From the IMG/VR virus record IMGVR_UViG_2627853969_000002: a stretch of DNA of 37,378 nt; one strand, given 5' to 3'. The notes beneath the pieces were generated by a model. It was not told the DNA's origin. It searched no databases and saw only the letters and a list, made by a program, of their open reading frames with translations. The DNA comes from an uncultured virus (IMG/VR IMGVR_UViG_2627853969_000002) (Duplodnaviria; Heunggongvirae; Uroviricota; Caudoviricetes). Made by a program: the position numbers and the translations under genes. Below are positions 1-9,849 of the stretch, piece by piece; position 1 is the stretch's first letter, and every line of letters starts with the position of its first letter.

Positions 1-2
1 CT

Positions 3-392
3 ATGAGTGAAGCCCTCCTGCTCCCCGATACCGGAGAACTCAATCGACGCATCGTGATCTACCGCTGGACGGACGCGCCGAACATCAACTTCAACATCGA
101 CGCGCTCTTCGATGCGGCGATCAGCCGTTGGGCCAAGGTCGAGCCCATACGCGCAATCGCATCACGCATGGGAGTGACGACCGCCGAAGAACCCACCCAC
201 TCTTTTTGGGTGCGCTACAGCGCCGAAACGACGGCGGATTTCTTTTCGCAAGACCGCGTCATCGAATACCGACGACGACGCTATCGCATTCTCGATGCGC
301 AAAATTTCCAGGATGCGGACCTTTTCATCCGCATCACCACCAAGGACCTGGGCGCCATTGATGCGATGGTGCTTGGCGCTCCCATTGCCTGA
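3..392 (+). CDS. Phage head-tail adaptor / head closure protein (SPP1 gp16-like)
   Basis: GELNRRIVI...WAKVEP...THSFWVRY...RVIEYRRRRYRI pattern, ~130 aa, position upstream of tail genes. Confidence 0.8.
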   Translation: MSEALLLPDTGELNRRIVIYRWTDAPNINFNIDALFDAAISRWAKVEPIRAIASRMGVTTAEEPTHSFWVRYSAETTADFFSQDRVIEYRRRRYRILDAQNFQDADLFIRITTKDLGAIDAMVLGAPIA

Positions 393-400
393 GAAGGACC

Positions 401-838
401 ATGGAACACGACAGTACCCAGGGACAGGTCGCCGGCATACAGCTGTACGTCGGTTTGAAATTCCATCGCACCATCGACTACGACCGCAAGGCCATGCGCC
501 GTGCCTTGGTCAAGGGCGCGGCTGTCGTGCGCAAGGAGGCACGCACGCTGGTATCAGCGCGTGTGGTCTCCGAACCTGGTGAGTTCCCCGGCCAAGTGAC
601 CGGCGCCATGCGTCGGGCGATTGGCGTCATCGGCAAAGGCTCCAAGGGCGGCTGGATCAAGGTGGGCGTGCGCGCCATCCCCGGCAACTTTTATTACCCA
701 GCCGTGCTGTTCTATGGCAGCACCACGCGCAACATCCGCGCGCGCGGCAACTTCATGACCGCCGCCCTGGCCAATCGCGGCAACCAGATCCGCGAACAAG
801 TACGTGATGCCCTGCGCCAGGCGCTGCGTCCTCGCTGA
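401..838 (+). CDS. HK97 gp10-like tail completion/neck protein
   Basis: Basic protein with SEPGEFPGQVTGAMRRAI and YPAVLFYGS...IRARGNFM motifs; AAGGA RBS. Confidence 0.75.
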   Translation: MEHDSTQGQVAGIQLYVGLKFHRTIDYDRKAMRRALVKGAAVVRKEARTLVSARVVSEPGEFPGQVTGAMRRAIGVIGKGSKGGWIKVGVRAIPGNFYYPAVLFYGSTTRNIRARGNFMTAALANRGNQIREQVRDALRQALRPR

Positions 839-852
839 GACCCGCAGACACC

Positions 853-1536
853 ATGCAGCTCGAACGCATCGTGGCGCAATTGCGCGCGCTGTGTCCATCG
901 TTGGGTGGCCGGGTGGCCGGCGCTGCCCAATTCAAGCCGGTGCAAGAAGCCACCGCGCTGCCGGTCCCGTGCGCCTTTGTGATCCCGCTGGACGACAGGC
1001 CCGAACCTCCGACGGCCCTCAACGCCGTCGGGCAGGACATGACCGACAGCTTCGGCGTGATCGTGGCACTGGATAACCGGGCCGACGAAAAAGGACAACA
1101 TGCCTGCGACGGTGTGCATGCCATTCGGACCGAAATTTGGCGTGCCCTGCTTGGCTGGGTGCCCGGCCCCGTCAACACCGTCAATCCGGCCACCGACTAC
1201 AACGGTCTCTTCTATGAGGGCGGCAGCCTGCTGGCGATGGATCGCGCTCGACTTTGGTATCAGTTCGAATTCGGCGCGCACATGTGGATTGGTGCCAGCG
1301 ACGGTTGGGAAGCCGGTGCCTTGAGCGCTCTGCCAACCTTCGGCACCGAGAATGCTCAAGGCCAATGGTTACCCGGCTCGGCCGTCAACCTCGAAGTCGA
1401 CGTCGGTACGCCCATCTTCGATCCCACCGCCACCTATCCGGCCAACCCAAACAACGATCTCGCACAGTCCACCGTGCGCGCACCGCGTGAGCACGGGCCG
1501 GATGGGCGCGTGGAATTCAATCTTTCCGTTCCGTGA
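853..1536 (+). CDS. Phage tail terminator protein (Mu gp37-like)
   Basis: IVAQLR..CPSLGGRVAGAA, P.AFVIP, FGVIV, IWRALLGW.P, YEGG...LWYQFEF motifs; synteny before gp38 and sheath. Confidence 0.75.
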   Translation: MQLERIVAQLRALCPSLGGRVAGAAQFKPVQEATALPVPCAFVIPLDDRPEPPTALNAVGQDMTDSFGVIVALDNRADEKGQHACDGVHAIRTEIWRALLGWVPGPVNTVNPATDYNGLFYEGGSLLAMDRARLWYQFEFGAHMWIGASDGWEAGALSALPTFGTENAQGQWLPGSAVNLEVDVGTPIFDPTATYPANPNNDLAQSTVRAPREHGPDGRVEFNLSVP

Positions 1537-1571
1537 GCGGATCGCACAGGTCCGCAGCGGTGTTCATCAGC

Positions 1572-1600
1572 GCCCGCCACGACTGCAGGTCGTCGCGGGC
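1572..1600 (+). terminator. Intergenic stem-loop (possible weak terminator or mRNA-stability element)
   Basis: GCCCGC-C-ACGAC / TGCAG loop / GTCGT-C-GCGGGC followed by ACTTT; T-tract is poor. Confidence 0.3.
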
Positions 1601-1620
1601 ACTTTGCATTGGAGCCACAC

Positions 1621-1902
1621 ATGTACGCCATTCCCAAACCGGGCCGATCAGTGCCCATACCAGGCACACGCACCCTCCTTCCGGCGACGGGCCAGAACAT
1701 CGGCCCGGTGACCCAATACTGGCAACGCCGACTGCACGACGGCGACATCACGCTGAGCGAAACACCGCCAACGCTCACGTCAGTAGGCGATGCGGCAGAG
1801 AGCGCCGCTACAACGACCACTGCGGCATCGACCAACACTCCACCGCCCCCAACTCCACCGGCCACCGCTGAGGCGGCCAGTGCTTCCCAGAGGACGACAT
1901 GA
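1621..1902 (+). CDS. DUF2635 family protein (Mu gp38-like) with Thr/Pro/Ala-rich tail
   Basis: P.PGRSVP.P...LLP..G...YWQRRLHDGDI signature; GGAG RBS at 1611-1614; overlaps sheath start. Confidence 0.85.
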   Translation: MYAIPKPGRSVPIPGTRTLLPATGQNIGPVTQYWQRRLHDGDITLSETPPTLTSVGDAAESAATTTTAASTNTPPPPTPPATAEAASASQRTT

Positions 1903-3464
1903 GCGGCATCTCTTTCGAACACATTCCTTCCAACCAGCGGGTGCCGCTGTTCTATGCGGAGATGGACAACAGTCAGGCCAACCTGGGCGGGCAAGCACTC
2001 AATACGCTTCTGATCGGTCAGATGTTGTACTCGGGAACGGCGACACCGAACACAGCCGTCTTGGTCACCGATCCGAAATCGGCCATGGTCCTGTTCGGCC
2101 AGGGTTCGATGCTGGCGCGCATGGTGGCCTTCTATCGCTTGCAGGATGCAGGTTCGTGCAACCTGTGGTGCATTGGGGTGCGGGACGACCCGGCGTCCAC
2201 CCCGGCCATGGGCACCATCGTCATCAACGGCCAGGCCACTGCATCAGGCGCCATCACCCTGTACATCGCCGGTCAGCGCGTCAGTGTCAGCGTCCAGATG
2301 GGAGATAGCACCACCGACATTGCCACCAACATGGTCAGCAGGATCAATGCCACCGCAGACCTGCCGTTGACCGCCTGGATCGGCGAGAACTCCGATGCCA
2401 TTACCCCGATGCCATCCATTGTCGAAAGCTCCGCCGTGGTCATGCTGGGCAGCAAGTGGAGGGGGCTCAGTGCCAATGACATCACCATCGCCGACTCCTT
2501 CCTGGGCTGGAGTGCCGGCGAAATCATACCGGCGGGGGTGAGCCTGGCTTATTCCGGCCCGACACTCTCCGGTGGATTAACCGATCCGTCGATGGTCACC
2601 ACCGCCATCCACGGCATGGGCGATGACACCTACGACTTCATCATCCACCCCTATGCCCATGCGCTGGCGCTAAATGACTTGCAACTGGAACTGGACGACA
2701 CCACCGGTCGTTGGTCCTACGCCAAGCAAATCTATGGCCATGCCTACAGCGCTCTGCGCGGCACGCTCAGCGATCTGGTCGCCTTCGGCATGACCCGCAA
2801 CGACCAGCACCACACGGTCGCCGCCATCGATGCCGATTGCCCCAATCCTTGCTGGGAATACGCTGCCGCTTACGGTGGTGCCAATGCCGTGGACATCGCA
2901 GCCGATCCTGCGCGCCCGACGCAGACCACACCGTTGTCAGGACTGCTTCCACCACGTGCAGGCAACCGCTTCTTGTTCGAGGACAGGCAGGCGCTGCTCA
3001 ACTTCGGGATCGCCACCAGCTTCGTTTCCGGTGGTCAGCTGCGGGTTGAGCGCGCCATCACCACCTACCAACAAAACAGCTTCGGTGCGCCCGATAGCAG
3101 CTATCTGGATTCGGAAACCCTGCACACCTCGGCCTATGTGCTGCGTGCGCTCAAGAGCGTGATCACCTCCAAGTACCCCCGGCACAAGTTGGCCGATGAC
3201 GGCACCCGCTTCGCCGCAGGCCAAGCCATCGTGACCCCGGCGGTGATCAAGGGCGAGCTATGCGCCATCTACGGCCAGATGGAATACATGGGCATCGTCG
3301 AGAACCTGGACACCTTCAAACAGCACCTGATCGTCGAGCGCGATCCCCGTGATCCGAATCGAGTCAACGTGCTGTTCCCGCCGGACTACGTCAATCAATT
3401 GCGGGTGTTCGCGGTGCTGAACCAGTTCCGCCTGCAGTACCCGACCAACCAGATCGTGAACTGA
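1899..3464 (+). CDS. Contractile tail sheath protein (Mu gpL-like)
   Basis: ISFEHIPSNQRVPLFYAEMDNS N-terminus; ITTYQQN..G.PD.SYLDSETLHT; YPRHKLADDGTRF; PPDYVNQLRVFA. Confidence 0.97.
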   Translation: MSGISFEHIPSNQRVPLFYAEMDNSQANLGGQALNTLLIGQMLYSGTATPNTAVLVTDPKSAMVLFGQGSMLARMVAFYRLQDAGSCNLWCIGVRDDPASTPAMGTIVINGQATASGAITLYIAGQRVSVSVQMGDSTTDIATNMVSRINATADLPLTAWIGENSDAITPMPSIVESSAVVMLGSKWRGLSANDITIADSFLGWSAGEIIPAGVSLAYSGPTLSGGLTDPSMVTTAIHGMGDDTYDFIIHPYAHALALNDLQLELDDTTGRWSYAKQIYGHAYSALRGTLSDLVAFGMTRNDQHHTVAAIDADCPNPCWEYAAAYGGANAVDIAADPARPTQTTPLSGLLPPRAGNRFLFEDRQALLNFGIATSFVSGGQLRVERAITTYQQNSFGAPDSSYLDSETLHTSAYVLRALKSVITSKYPRHKLADDGTRFAAGQAIVTPAVIKGELCAIYGQMEYMGIVENLDTFKQHLIVERDPRDPNRVNVLFPPDYVNQLRVFAVLNQFRLQYPTNQIVN

Positions 3465-3476
3465 CAGGAGTCACCC

Positions 3477-3845
3477 ATGGCGCAACGCATTGCAGGCATC
3501 TGCTTCATCAAGATCGACGGCGCGCAGTTCGAAATCTCCGGCGACATCGAAATCCCACTCACCGAATTCAAGCGCGAGGCCGTCATGGGCCTGTCCCGGC
3601 CGGCTGGCTTCAAGGAAACGGCACTGGAGCCCTACATCAAGGTGGTGGCGCTGTTCACCCCCGATTTCCCGGTGAACACCCTGCGCACCAACACCACCCT
3701 CACCGTGACCGCTGAACTGGCCAATGGTGTCGTCTACACGCTCTCCAACGCCTTCGTGCGTGGCGAGCCCAAAGCTAAACCCATCGAAGGCACGATCGAG
3801 ATCGAATTCTCGGGAAGCCAGGGACAATGGAGTAACAACCAATGA
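3477..3845 (+). CDS. Tail tube protein (Mu gpM-like)
   Basis: RIAGICFIKIDG...TVTAELANG.VY.L...; 122 aa directly after sheath; AGGAG RBS. Confidence 0.93.
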   Translation: MAQRIAGICFIKIDGAQFEISGDIEIPLTEFKREAVMGLSRPAGFKETALEPYIKVVALFTPDFPVNTLRTNTTLTVTAELANGVVYTLSNAFVRGEPKAKPIEGTIEIEFSGSQGQWSNNQ

Positions 3846-4237
3846 ATCATGCAATCGCAACGCAAGAACCTCTCACACTTCCCCTGACCCGCACGGTGAT
3901 CGCACACGGCGAAGAAATCGATTGTCTGATCCTGCGCCATCCCACCACAGCCGATGTGATCGACCTCGGGCAACCGATGCGACTGCTCCCCGGCAATGGC
4001 ATGGAAGAGCCTGCCGTCGAAGTGCGGATGAATGTGGTCGCCCATTACGTGGCGCGACTGGCCGCCATTCCACTGTCCAGCGTCAAGGCACTGTCGCTGG
4101 GTGATTTTGGCCGCGCCACGCAGGCGGTGCTGGGTTTTTTCGGGGAAGACACAGTACCGCCGGATCGAGTGAGCAATTCACAGAGCGCGTCTTCGACCTC
4201 GCCTGGTTCTTCAAGACTTCCCCGCGCCACGTCCTGA
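3842..4237 (+). CDS. Tail assembly chaperone (Mu gp41 / P2 gpE-like)
   Basis: L.LR.PT..D and LAAIPLSSV..L...DF......V.GFF motifs; between tube and tape measure. Confidence 0.88.
   Translation: MNHAIATQEPLTLPLTRTVIAHGEEIDCLILRHPTTADVIDLGQPMRLLPGNGMEEPAVEVRMNVVAHYVARLAAIPLSSVKALSLGDFGRATQAVLGFFGEDTVPPDRVSNSQSASSTSPGSSRLPRATS
4132..4141 (+). promoter_or_regulatory. Programmed -1 ribosomal frameshift site (G GGT TTT / T TTT TTC)
   Basis: In-frame X XXY YYZ heptamers; -1 frame is open to TAA at 4312-4314. Confidence 0.8.
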
Positions 4238-4314
4238 GTTTGAGCCTGGCCGAATTCGAACTGTGGAACCAACACGCCGAGCGCATCGCCCAGCGCCTGC
4301 AGGACAGTCCGTAA
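4138..4314 (+). CDS. Frameshift extension of tail chaperone (P2 GpE'-like); absent from the ORF track
   Basis: -1 frame reads FRGRHSTAGSSEQFTERVFDLAWFFKTSPRHVLSLSLAEFELWNQHAERIAQRLQDSP*, matching the GpE' pattern (DLAW.F...P.....LSL.E...W...A). Confidence 0.8.
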   Translation, partial: FRGRHSTAGSSEQFTERVFDLAWFFKTSPRHVLSLSLAEFELWNQHAERIAQRLQDSP

Positions 4315-4338
4315 TGCCATCCCAATACACACCCCCTC

Positions 4339-6147
4339 ATGTCTGACCGCTTCGAACTCAAGGCCATTTTGTCGGCCAATGCGCAAAGCCTCATCCAGGG
4401 ATTGAAATCGGTCCAGGCCCCCGCACAAGCCGCGCGCAAATACCTCACCGACATCGGCAAGTCCGCCTCCGGTCTGGCAGGCAAGTTCGGTTTGCCCATC
4501 GGCATCGTCGGCGGCCTGGCGGCCGGTTTTGGCCTGGCCAAGGTCAAGGATGCGGTACATGCCTATGCCGAGCTGGGCGAGGCCGTGCATCACGGCGCCA
4601 CGCGCGCTGGCATGAGCGTGGAACAGTTCCAGCGCATGAAGTACGTCGCCGAACAAAACGGCGTGGCGGTCGAACAGATGGAAGGGGCCATGGGCAAACT
4701 CAACCTGACCCTGGGACGTGCGGCCAGCGGACGGGGCAAGGAGGCCGCCGCACTGCTGACCCATCTGGGCATCGCCATGCGCGATGCGTCCGGTCAGTTG
4801 CGCTCGGGCATGGGCGTGCTGCCAGAGCTGGCCGACGCCTTCGTGCGCAACGAAAACCCCGCCGTGCGTGCGCGCATGGGGATGGCACTGTTCGGGAAGA
4901 AGTGGCAAGAAATCGTACCGCTGCTGGAGGCCGGTGGCGAAGGCATCGAGCAAGCCCAGGCGCGCATGTCCCGCTTCAAGGGCGTCATGAACGAAGAAGA
5001 CATTGGTCGCTCGCGCGAATTCGCCAAATCGCTGCGCGATCTGGAGATCGTCAGTAAGGGGTTCCAGATCATCATTGCCAAGAACCTGGTACCGGCGATC
5101 AAACCGCTGCTGGATGCGTTCAACGACTGGATGGCGGCCAACAAGAAACTGGTGTCCACCGAGGTCAGCCGTATCGCCAAGGACCTCGGGCGCGGGTTGT
5201 CCAGCATCGACTGGCGCGGCATGGCCCGCAGTGTACTGGCGCTCGGACACGGCATCGGCAAGCTGGTCGACTTCGTCGGCGGTCCGCGCAATGCATTGAT
5301 CGGCTTGGCGGTCGTGATGAATGCCCAAACCATCATGGCCCTGGGCGGCCTGGTCGCCGCCGTCGGGCGCGCAGGGATCGCGTTGCTGGGGATGGCTGCC
5401 AGAGCCTATGTCGCCAGTAATGCGGCGCTGCTGTCGATGCTGCGCATGGGGCTGGGCGCATCACAGTTGGTCACCGGTCCGTTGGCGCTCTTGCGCTCGG
5501 GCTGGACACTGCTGACCACCACGACCGTCTCCATGAGTGGCCTGATGTCCAGCGCCTTTGCCCTGGTCGCCGGTGGCATTCGCGCCGTTGGCGCCGCCAT
5601 GATGGCCAACCCCCTCGGCATCCTCCTGGCCATCGCCTCGGCGGCCTGGCTCATCGTCGAAAATTGGGACACGCTGAAAGGCTGGTTCAACCGCTTCTGG
5701 AACTGGATCAAGGCGCATGCCGAACTGATCCTCACCTGCCTCGGTCCAATTGGCTGGGTCGCCAGTACGATCATTGAGCACTGGGAGCCGCTCAAGACGT
5801 GGTTCGGCGATTTCGTCCGCTGGCTGTCGGACAAACTCAGTTGGATGGTCGATGCGGCCAAGTCCGTCGGTCATGCCTTCGGGATCGGAAGCGAAGACGA
5901 AACAACCGAGAACAGCGCGCCCAACCACCCTTATCGAAGCACGCCCTTTTCGGCGCTGACACCCTCCGTTGCCGGCGACCGGCCCTCCTTGCTGGGGAAA
6001 GCAGCCGGCGGCGCCAAAGTGGAGGGCCAGGTCAACATCAAGATCGATGGTCTCCCCCCCGGCTCACGTGTCGAGCAGGTTCGTGGCGGCACCATGCCGA
6101 TCAATGTCGATGCCGGTTACAGCGCGCATGCGCTGCTGATGCCATAG
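4339..6147 (+). CDS. Tail tape measure protein
   Basis: 602 aa Ala/Gly-rich helical protein with Trp-periodic repeats (ENWDTLKGWFNRFW, EHWEPLKTWFGDF); follows chaperone. Confidence 0.92.
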   Translation: MSDRFELKAILSANAQSLIQGLKSVQAPAQAARKYLTDIGKSASGLAGKFGLPIGIVGGLAAGFGLAKVKDAVHAYAELGEAVHHGATRAGMSVEQFQRMKYVAEQNGVAVEQMEGAMGKLNLTLGRAASGRGKEAAALLTHLGIAMRDASGQLRSGMGVLPELADAFVRNENPAVRARMGMALFGKKWQEIVPLLEAGGEGIEQAQARMSRFKGVMNEEDIGRSREFAKSLRDLEIVSKGFQIIIAKNLVPAIKPLLDAFNDWMAANKKLVSTEVSRIAKDLGRGLSSIDWRGMARSVLALGHGIGKLVDFVGGPRNALIGLAVVMNAQTIMALGGLVAAVGRAGIALLGMAARAYVASNAALLSMLRMGLGASQLVTGPLALLRSGWTLLTTTTVSMSGLMSSAFALVAGGIRAVGAAMMANPLGILLAIASAAWLIVENWDTLKGWFNRFWNWIKAHAELILTCLGPIGWVASTIIEHWEPLKTWFGDFVRWLSDKLSWMVDAAKSVGHAFGIGSEDETTENSAPNHPYRSTPFSALTPSVAGDRPSLLGKAAGGAKVEGQVNIKIDGLPPGSRVEQVRGGTMPINVDAGYSAHALLMP

Positions 6148-6156
6148 CGCTGGACG

Positions 6157-7431
6157 ATGCCGATGGCCACGTATTCTGACTCCCTGCATCCGGCCTCCTT
6201 TCGCGGGATCGCGTTCCAGGTCAATGGCGCCGACTGCGGTGTTGGCCGTCGCGTGCAAATCCACGAGTATCCCCAGCGCGACACGCCCTGGGTCGAAGAC
6301 CTGGGCCGCGCCACCCGCGAGATCGCCCTGGACGCCTTTCTGATCGGCGCCGACTACATCGATCAAGCCAATGCCCTGCTCTGCGCCCTCGAAACAGGCG
6401 GACCAGGCACGCTCGTGCATCCCTGGCTAGGCACGATGCAGGTGTGCCTGTCGGCACCGGCGCGCGTGCGCTTCGATGCTGGACTGGGCGTGGCGACGGT
6501 CTCCCTGTCCTTCGTCGAATCCGGCGAACTCACCTTTCCCAATCCGACCCGTTCCACCCAGGCGGCCAGCCGGCTGGCCGCCGATGGACTGGCCACGGCG
6601 GCGATCCAGGATTTCACGGACAACTTCACCGTCGCCGGCTTCCAGAGTTTCGTCGCGGCGACCGCCCAAGGACAACTGGCCGCCATGCTGGGGTTCATCG
6701 GGGCAGGCCAAAGCGCGCAAGTGCTGACGAACTTCTCCTGCGACGCCACCTCGCTGGCCAATCTGGTCACACAGGCCGCGTCGTTCCTGCGCAATCCGGC
6801 GATGCTGGGGCACACGCTGCTCAATGCCTTCGGCATGTCCGGCAGCGCAGGCACCGTGGCGGCCTGGTCCAACGTGGTCAAGTTGCTCACCACAACGGCG
6901 GCATCCAAGCCCATGCTGACGCGCACCCCGATCATGGCCGCCACGCCCTCGCGCCGACAGATCGATACCAATGCCGGCGCGCTGTATAACCTGGGCCGAC
7001 AACTGCTACTCGCGCAGGCGGTCGGCATTTCGTCGCTGGTCGGCACCGAACAGGACAGCGTGCAAGCCGGCATCAGCCAGCCGCAAGGCAGTACGCCGAC
7101 CACCCCACAGCAGGTCACCCAAGACAGGATGCTGGCCGCGCGCGACACGCTGCTCTCCACCCTCGACGCCGAGATGCACCGCTGCGCAGACGCCGCCTAT
7201 GCGGCGTTGCAGACCGCCAGCGCAGCGATCTATGCAGACTTGACGACACGAGCGCAGAGCGCAGTACGCCTGACCTCCTGGACGCCACCGGAGACGATGC
7301 CCATGCTGGCGCTGGCCTACGAGCTGTATGCCGATGCCTCGCGCGATGCCCAGATCCAGTTGCGCAACGGTATCCGCCATCCAGGCTTCGTCCCTCCCAA
7401 TGCGCTGTGCGTGATGGCGCCGCTGACATGA
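6157..7431 (+). CDS. DNA circularization / tail protein (Mu gpN, gp43-like); alternative start 6163
   Basis: LHPASFRGIAF, GRRVQIHEYPQRD.PWVEDLGR, GPGTLVHPWLG, LY.DASR....RNGIRHPGFVP. Confidence 0.93.
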   Translation: MPMATYSDSLHPASFRGIAFQVNGADCGVGRRVQIHEYPQRDTPWVEDLGRATREIALDAFLIGADYIDQANALLCALETGGPGTLVHPWLGTMQVCLSAPARVRFDAGLGVATVSLSFVESGELTFPNPTRSTQAASRLAADGLATAAIQDFTDNFTVAGFQSFVAATAQGQLAAMLGFIGAGQSAQVLTNFSCDATSLANLVTQAASFLRNPAMLGHTLLNAFGMSGSAGTVAAWSNVVKLLTTTAASKPMLTRTPIMAATPSRRQIDTNAGALYNLGRQLLLAQAVGISSLVGTEQDSVQAGISQPQGSTPTTPQQVTQDRMLAARDTLLSTLDAEMHRCADAAYAALQTASAAIYADLTTRAQSAVRLTSWTPPETMPMLALAYELYADASRDAQIQLRNGIRHPGFVPPNALCVMAPLT

Positions 7432-8717
7432 CGACCCGTTGCGATCCGGTCGATCAGCCGGAAAATCAGCTGCGCCTGGTGGTGGGGGGACAGGACTTCG
7501 GCGGCTGGAAGAAAATCCGCATCGAGGCCGGAATCGAACGACAGGCACGCAGCTTCGAACTGGAAGTCACTGATCGCTGGCCCGGATCGACAGCAGCGGC
7601 AACGGCGGACACCGCCCCACCCCTGTGGCGCCGCATCCGTCCTTTCGATGCCTGCCAGATTTTCATCGGCAACGACCTGGTGCTAACTGGTTATGTCGAT
7701 GCCACCCCAATCCAATATGACGGCAAACGCATCAGTGTCACCGTCAAAGGCCGCAGCCGTACCTGCGATCTGGTCGACTGCTGTACGCCCGACACCGACC
7801 GCGCACCGACCGCCAGTCACAGCCTGTGGTCAGACGTCAAAGGCAAGGATGGCAAGACCGGCACCGTCGTGACGCCGGCAGCAGCCAACACCAACGTCTG
7901 GCGTAACGCCAAACTGGAAACCATCGCCGCCGCGCTGGCCGCCCCCTATGGCGTGCGCGTGCTGACCGAAATCGATACCGGCGCGCCAATCACCGAACAC
8001 CATGTCCAGATCGGCGAAACCGTGTTCGAGAGCATCGACCGGTTGATGCGCCTGCGCCATGTGTTGTCCACCGACAACGCTCTGGGCGATCTGGTCTTCA
8101 TTGATGTCGGCAGCAGCGGCAATGCCACCACCACGCTCGAGCTGGGCGAGAACATCCAAGATGGCAGCTGCGAACTCGACTTCAAGGCGGTGATGTCCAG
8201 CTACGTCGTCAAAGGCCAGCGTGCAGGCAATGACGATGACTTTGGCGTCGATGCCAACGAGGTCCAGGGGGACGATGACGACCTGGCCGAATTGGAAGGA
8301 GGCATCGCCGACACCGGCACGCCGGTCACCGCCAGTCTGGCCGATGCACGTTCCAAGCGCTTCCGTGTCCTGGTCATCAAGCAAGCCGGCCATGCCGATG
8401 CCGGCACCTGTCAGGACCGCGCGCTGTACGAGCGCGCACACCGCGCCGCCAAAGCGCTCGAAGCCACGTATACGGTCGCCGGCTGGCGCCAAGGTGACGG
8501 ACAACTCTGGAGGCCGAACCTGCTCGTGCGTGTGCGCGACGCGCTGATCGGCTTCGACCAAACCATGGTCATCGCCGAAGCGCATTACCTGCTCGACGAG
8601 GACGGACTACGCACGCAGCTGCGTGTAGGTCCCCCCGATGGTTACCGCTCCAAGGCGGCCAAATCCCCCAAGGGCATCAAGCACGGCGGCGCCGACACCT
8701 GGGCCGATCTGGAATGA
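7428..8717 (+). CDS. Baseplate hub protein (Mu gpP, gp44-like)
   Basis: GGWKKIRIEAGIERQARSF, VLTGYVDATP, GRSRTCDLVDC, YTVAGWRQGDGQLWRPN; ATGA overlap start. Confidence 0.93.
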   Translation: MTTRCDPVDQPENQLRLVVGGQDFGGWKKIRIEAGIERQARSFELEVTDRWPGSTAAATADTAPPLWRRIRPFDACQIFIGNDLVLTGYVDATPIQYDGKRISVTVKGRSRTCDLVDCCTPDTDRAPTASHSLWSDVKGKDGKTGTVVTPAAANTNVWRNAKLETIAAALAAPYGVRVLTEIDTGAPITEHHVQIGETVFESIDRLMRLRHVLSTDNALGDLVFIDVGSSGNATTTLELGENIQDGSCELDFKAVMSSYVVKGQRAGNDDDFGVDANEVQGDDDDLAELEGGIADTGTPVTASLADARSKRFRVLVIKQAGHADAGTCQDRALYERAHRAAKALEATYTVAGWRQGDGQLWRPNLLVRVRDALIGFDQTMVIAEAHYLLDEDGLRTQLRVGPPDGYRSKAAKSPKGIKHGGADTWADLE

Positions 8718-8727
8718 GAGCGCTGGC

Positions 8728-9366
8728 ATGACAGATTTCAACCGCCTGATGGCGCCCTATGCCAGGCGCCTATCGAACATGCTCGCCAGAGGCACCGTGT
8801 CCCTGGTCAACGCGGCAAGCAAGATGCAGAGCCTGCAACTACGCCTGCTGGCCGGCGAATCCAAAGCCGACGTCGAGCATTTCGAGCCGTATGGCTTGAC
8901 CAGTCATCCTCAACCTGGCGCCGAATGCATCGCCCTGTTCCTCGATGGAGACCGCTCCCATGGTGTCGTCATGTGCGTGGCCGACCGACGCTATCGCGTT
9001 AAAAGCTTGGAGAGCGGCGAAGTCATCGTGCATGACGATCAAGGGCAATCGGTCTACCTCATGCGCAATGGCATCAAGCTCACCGACAAGGCCGGATCGA
9101 CCGTGGTGCTGCAAGGTGACGGCAGCGGCGTCATGACCTTCAACGCCGGTCTCACGATCAATGCCAACAGCAAGGTGGTCGGAACACTGGAGGTCACCCA
9201 GAACATCACCTGCCAGGCCAGCATCACGGCGGCACAGGATGTCGGCGATCAGCGCGGCACCAAGACCATGGCAGGCATGCGTGCGGTCTTCAATGCCCAC
9301 ACGCACAGCGGCACCGACAGCCACGGCGACAGTTTCACCAGCAAATCGCCCAATTCAACGCAATAG
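8728..9366 (+). CDS. Baseplate spike / assembly protein V (Mu gp45-like)
   Basis: VEHFEPYGLTSHP.PGAE, GDRSHGVV...DRRYR...L..GEV..HDDQG; C-terminal HTH metal-binding motif (FNAHTHSG). Confidence 0.93.
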   Translation: MTDFNRLMAPYARRLSNMLARGTVSLVNAASKMQSLQLRLLAGESKADVEHFEPYGLTSHPQPGAECIALFLDGDRSHGVVMCVADRRYRVKSLESGEVIVHDDQGQSVYLMRNGIKLTDKAGSTVVLQGDGSGVMTFNAGLTINANSKVVGTLEVTQNITCQASITAAQDVGDQRGTKTMAGMRAVFNAHTHSGTDSHGDSFTSKSPNSTQ

Positions 9367-9381
9367 ACCCACGCCCACACC

Positions 9382-9849
9382 ATGCGCGACTCCATGCCAC
9401 TGACCGCCGTATTCGGCGGCCAGACAACCCCGCTCGGCCTGCTGCAGGACATCGACAACGACAGGGTCAATCCGTTGGTGCGCGCCGTCCTCATCAGTTT
9501 GTTCACCTGGCGGCGGGCCAATGCCGACGACACCTTGCCCGATCCGCGCGGCTTTCGCATGGGCTGGTGGGGCGACACCTACCCCGTGGTGGCCAACGAC
9601 CGCATCGGCTCACGGCTGTGGCTGCTGGCGCGCGCCAAGCTCACCCCAAGCACGGTGCAACGCGCACAGGACTACGCCGAAGAAGCCCTGCAGTGGCTGA
9701 TCGACGACGGTGTCGCTGCGCGTATCGCCGTGCGCGCCGAGCGCCAGGGTCTGTCCACGCTGGCCCTGCAATGCACGCTGTTCGCTGCCGATGGCACCGC
9801 CAACGCCGTGCTGAGGTTCGACAACCTCTGGAGTCTCTTGAATGTTTAA
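9382..9849 (+). CDS. Baseplate protein (Mu gp46-like)
   Basis: RAVLISLFTWRRA, GWWGD, IGSRLWLL.R.KLT, YAEEALQWLIDDGVA. Confidence 0.95.
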   Translation: MRDSMPLTAVFGGQTTPLGLLQDIDNDRVNPLVRAVLISLFTWRRANADDTLPDPRGFRMGWWGDTYPVVANDRIGSRLWLLARAKLTPSTVQRAQDYAEEALQWLIDDGVAARIAVRAERQGLSTLALQCTLFAADGTANAVLRFDNLWSLLNV

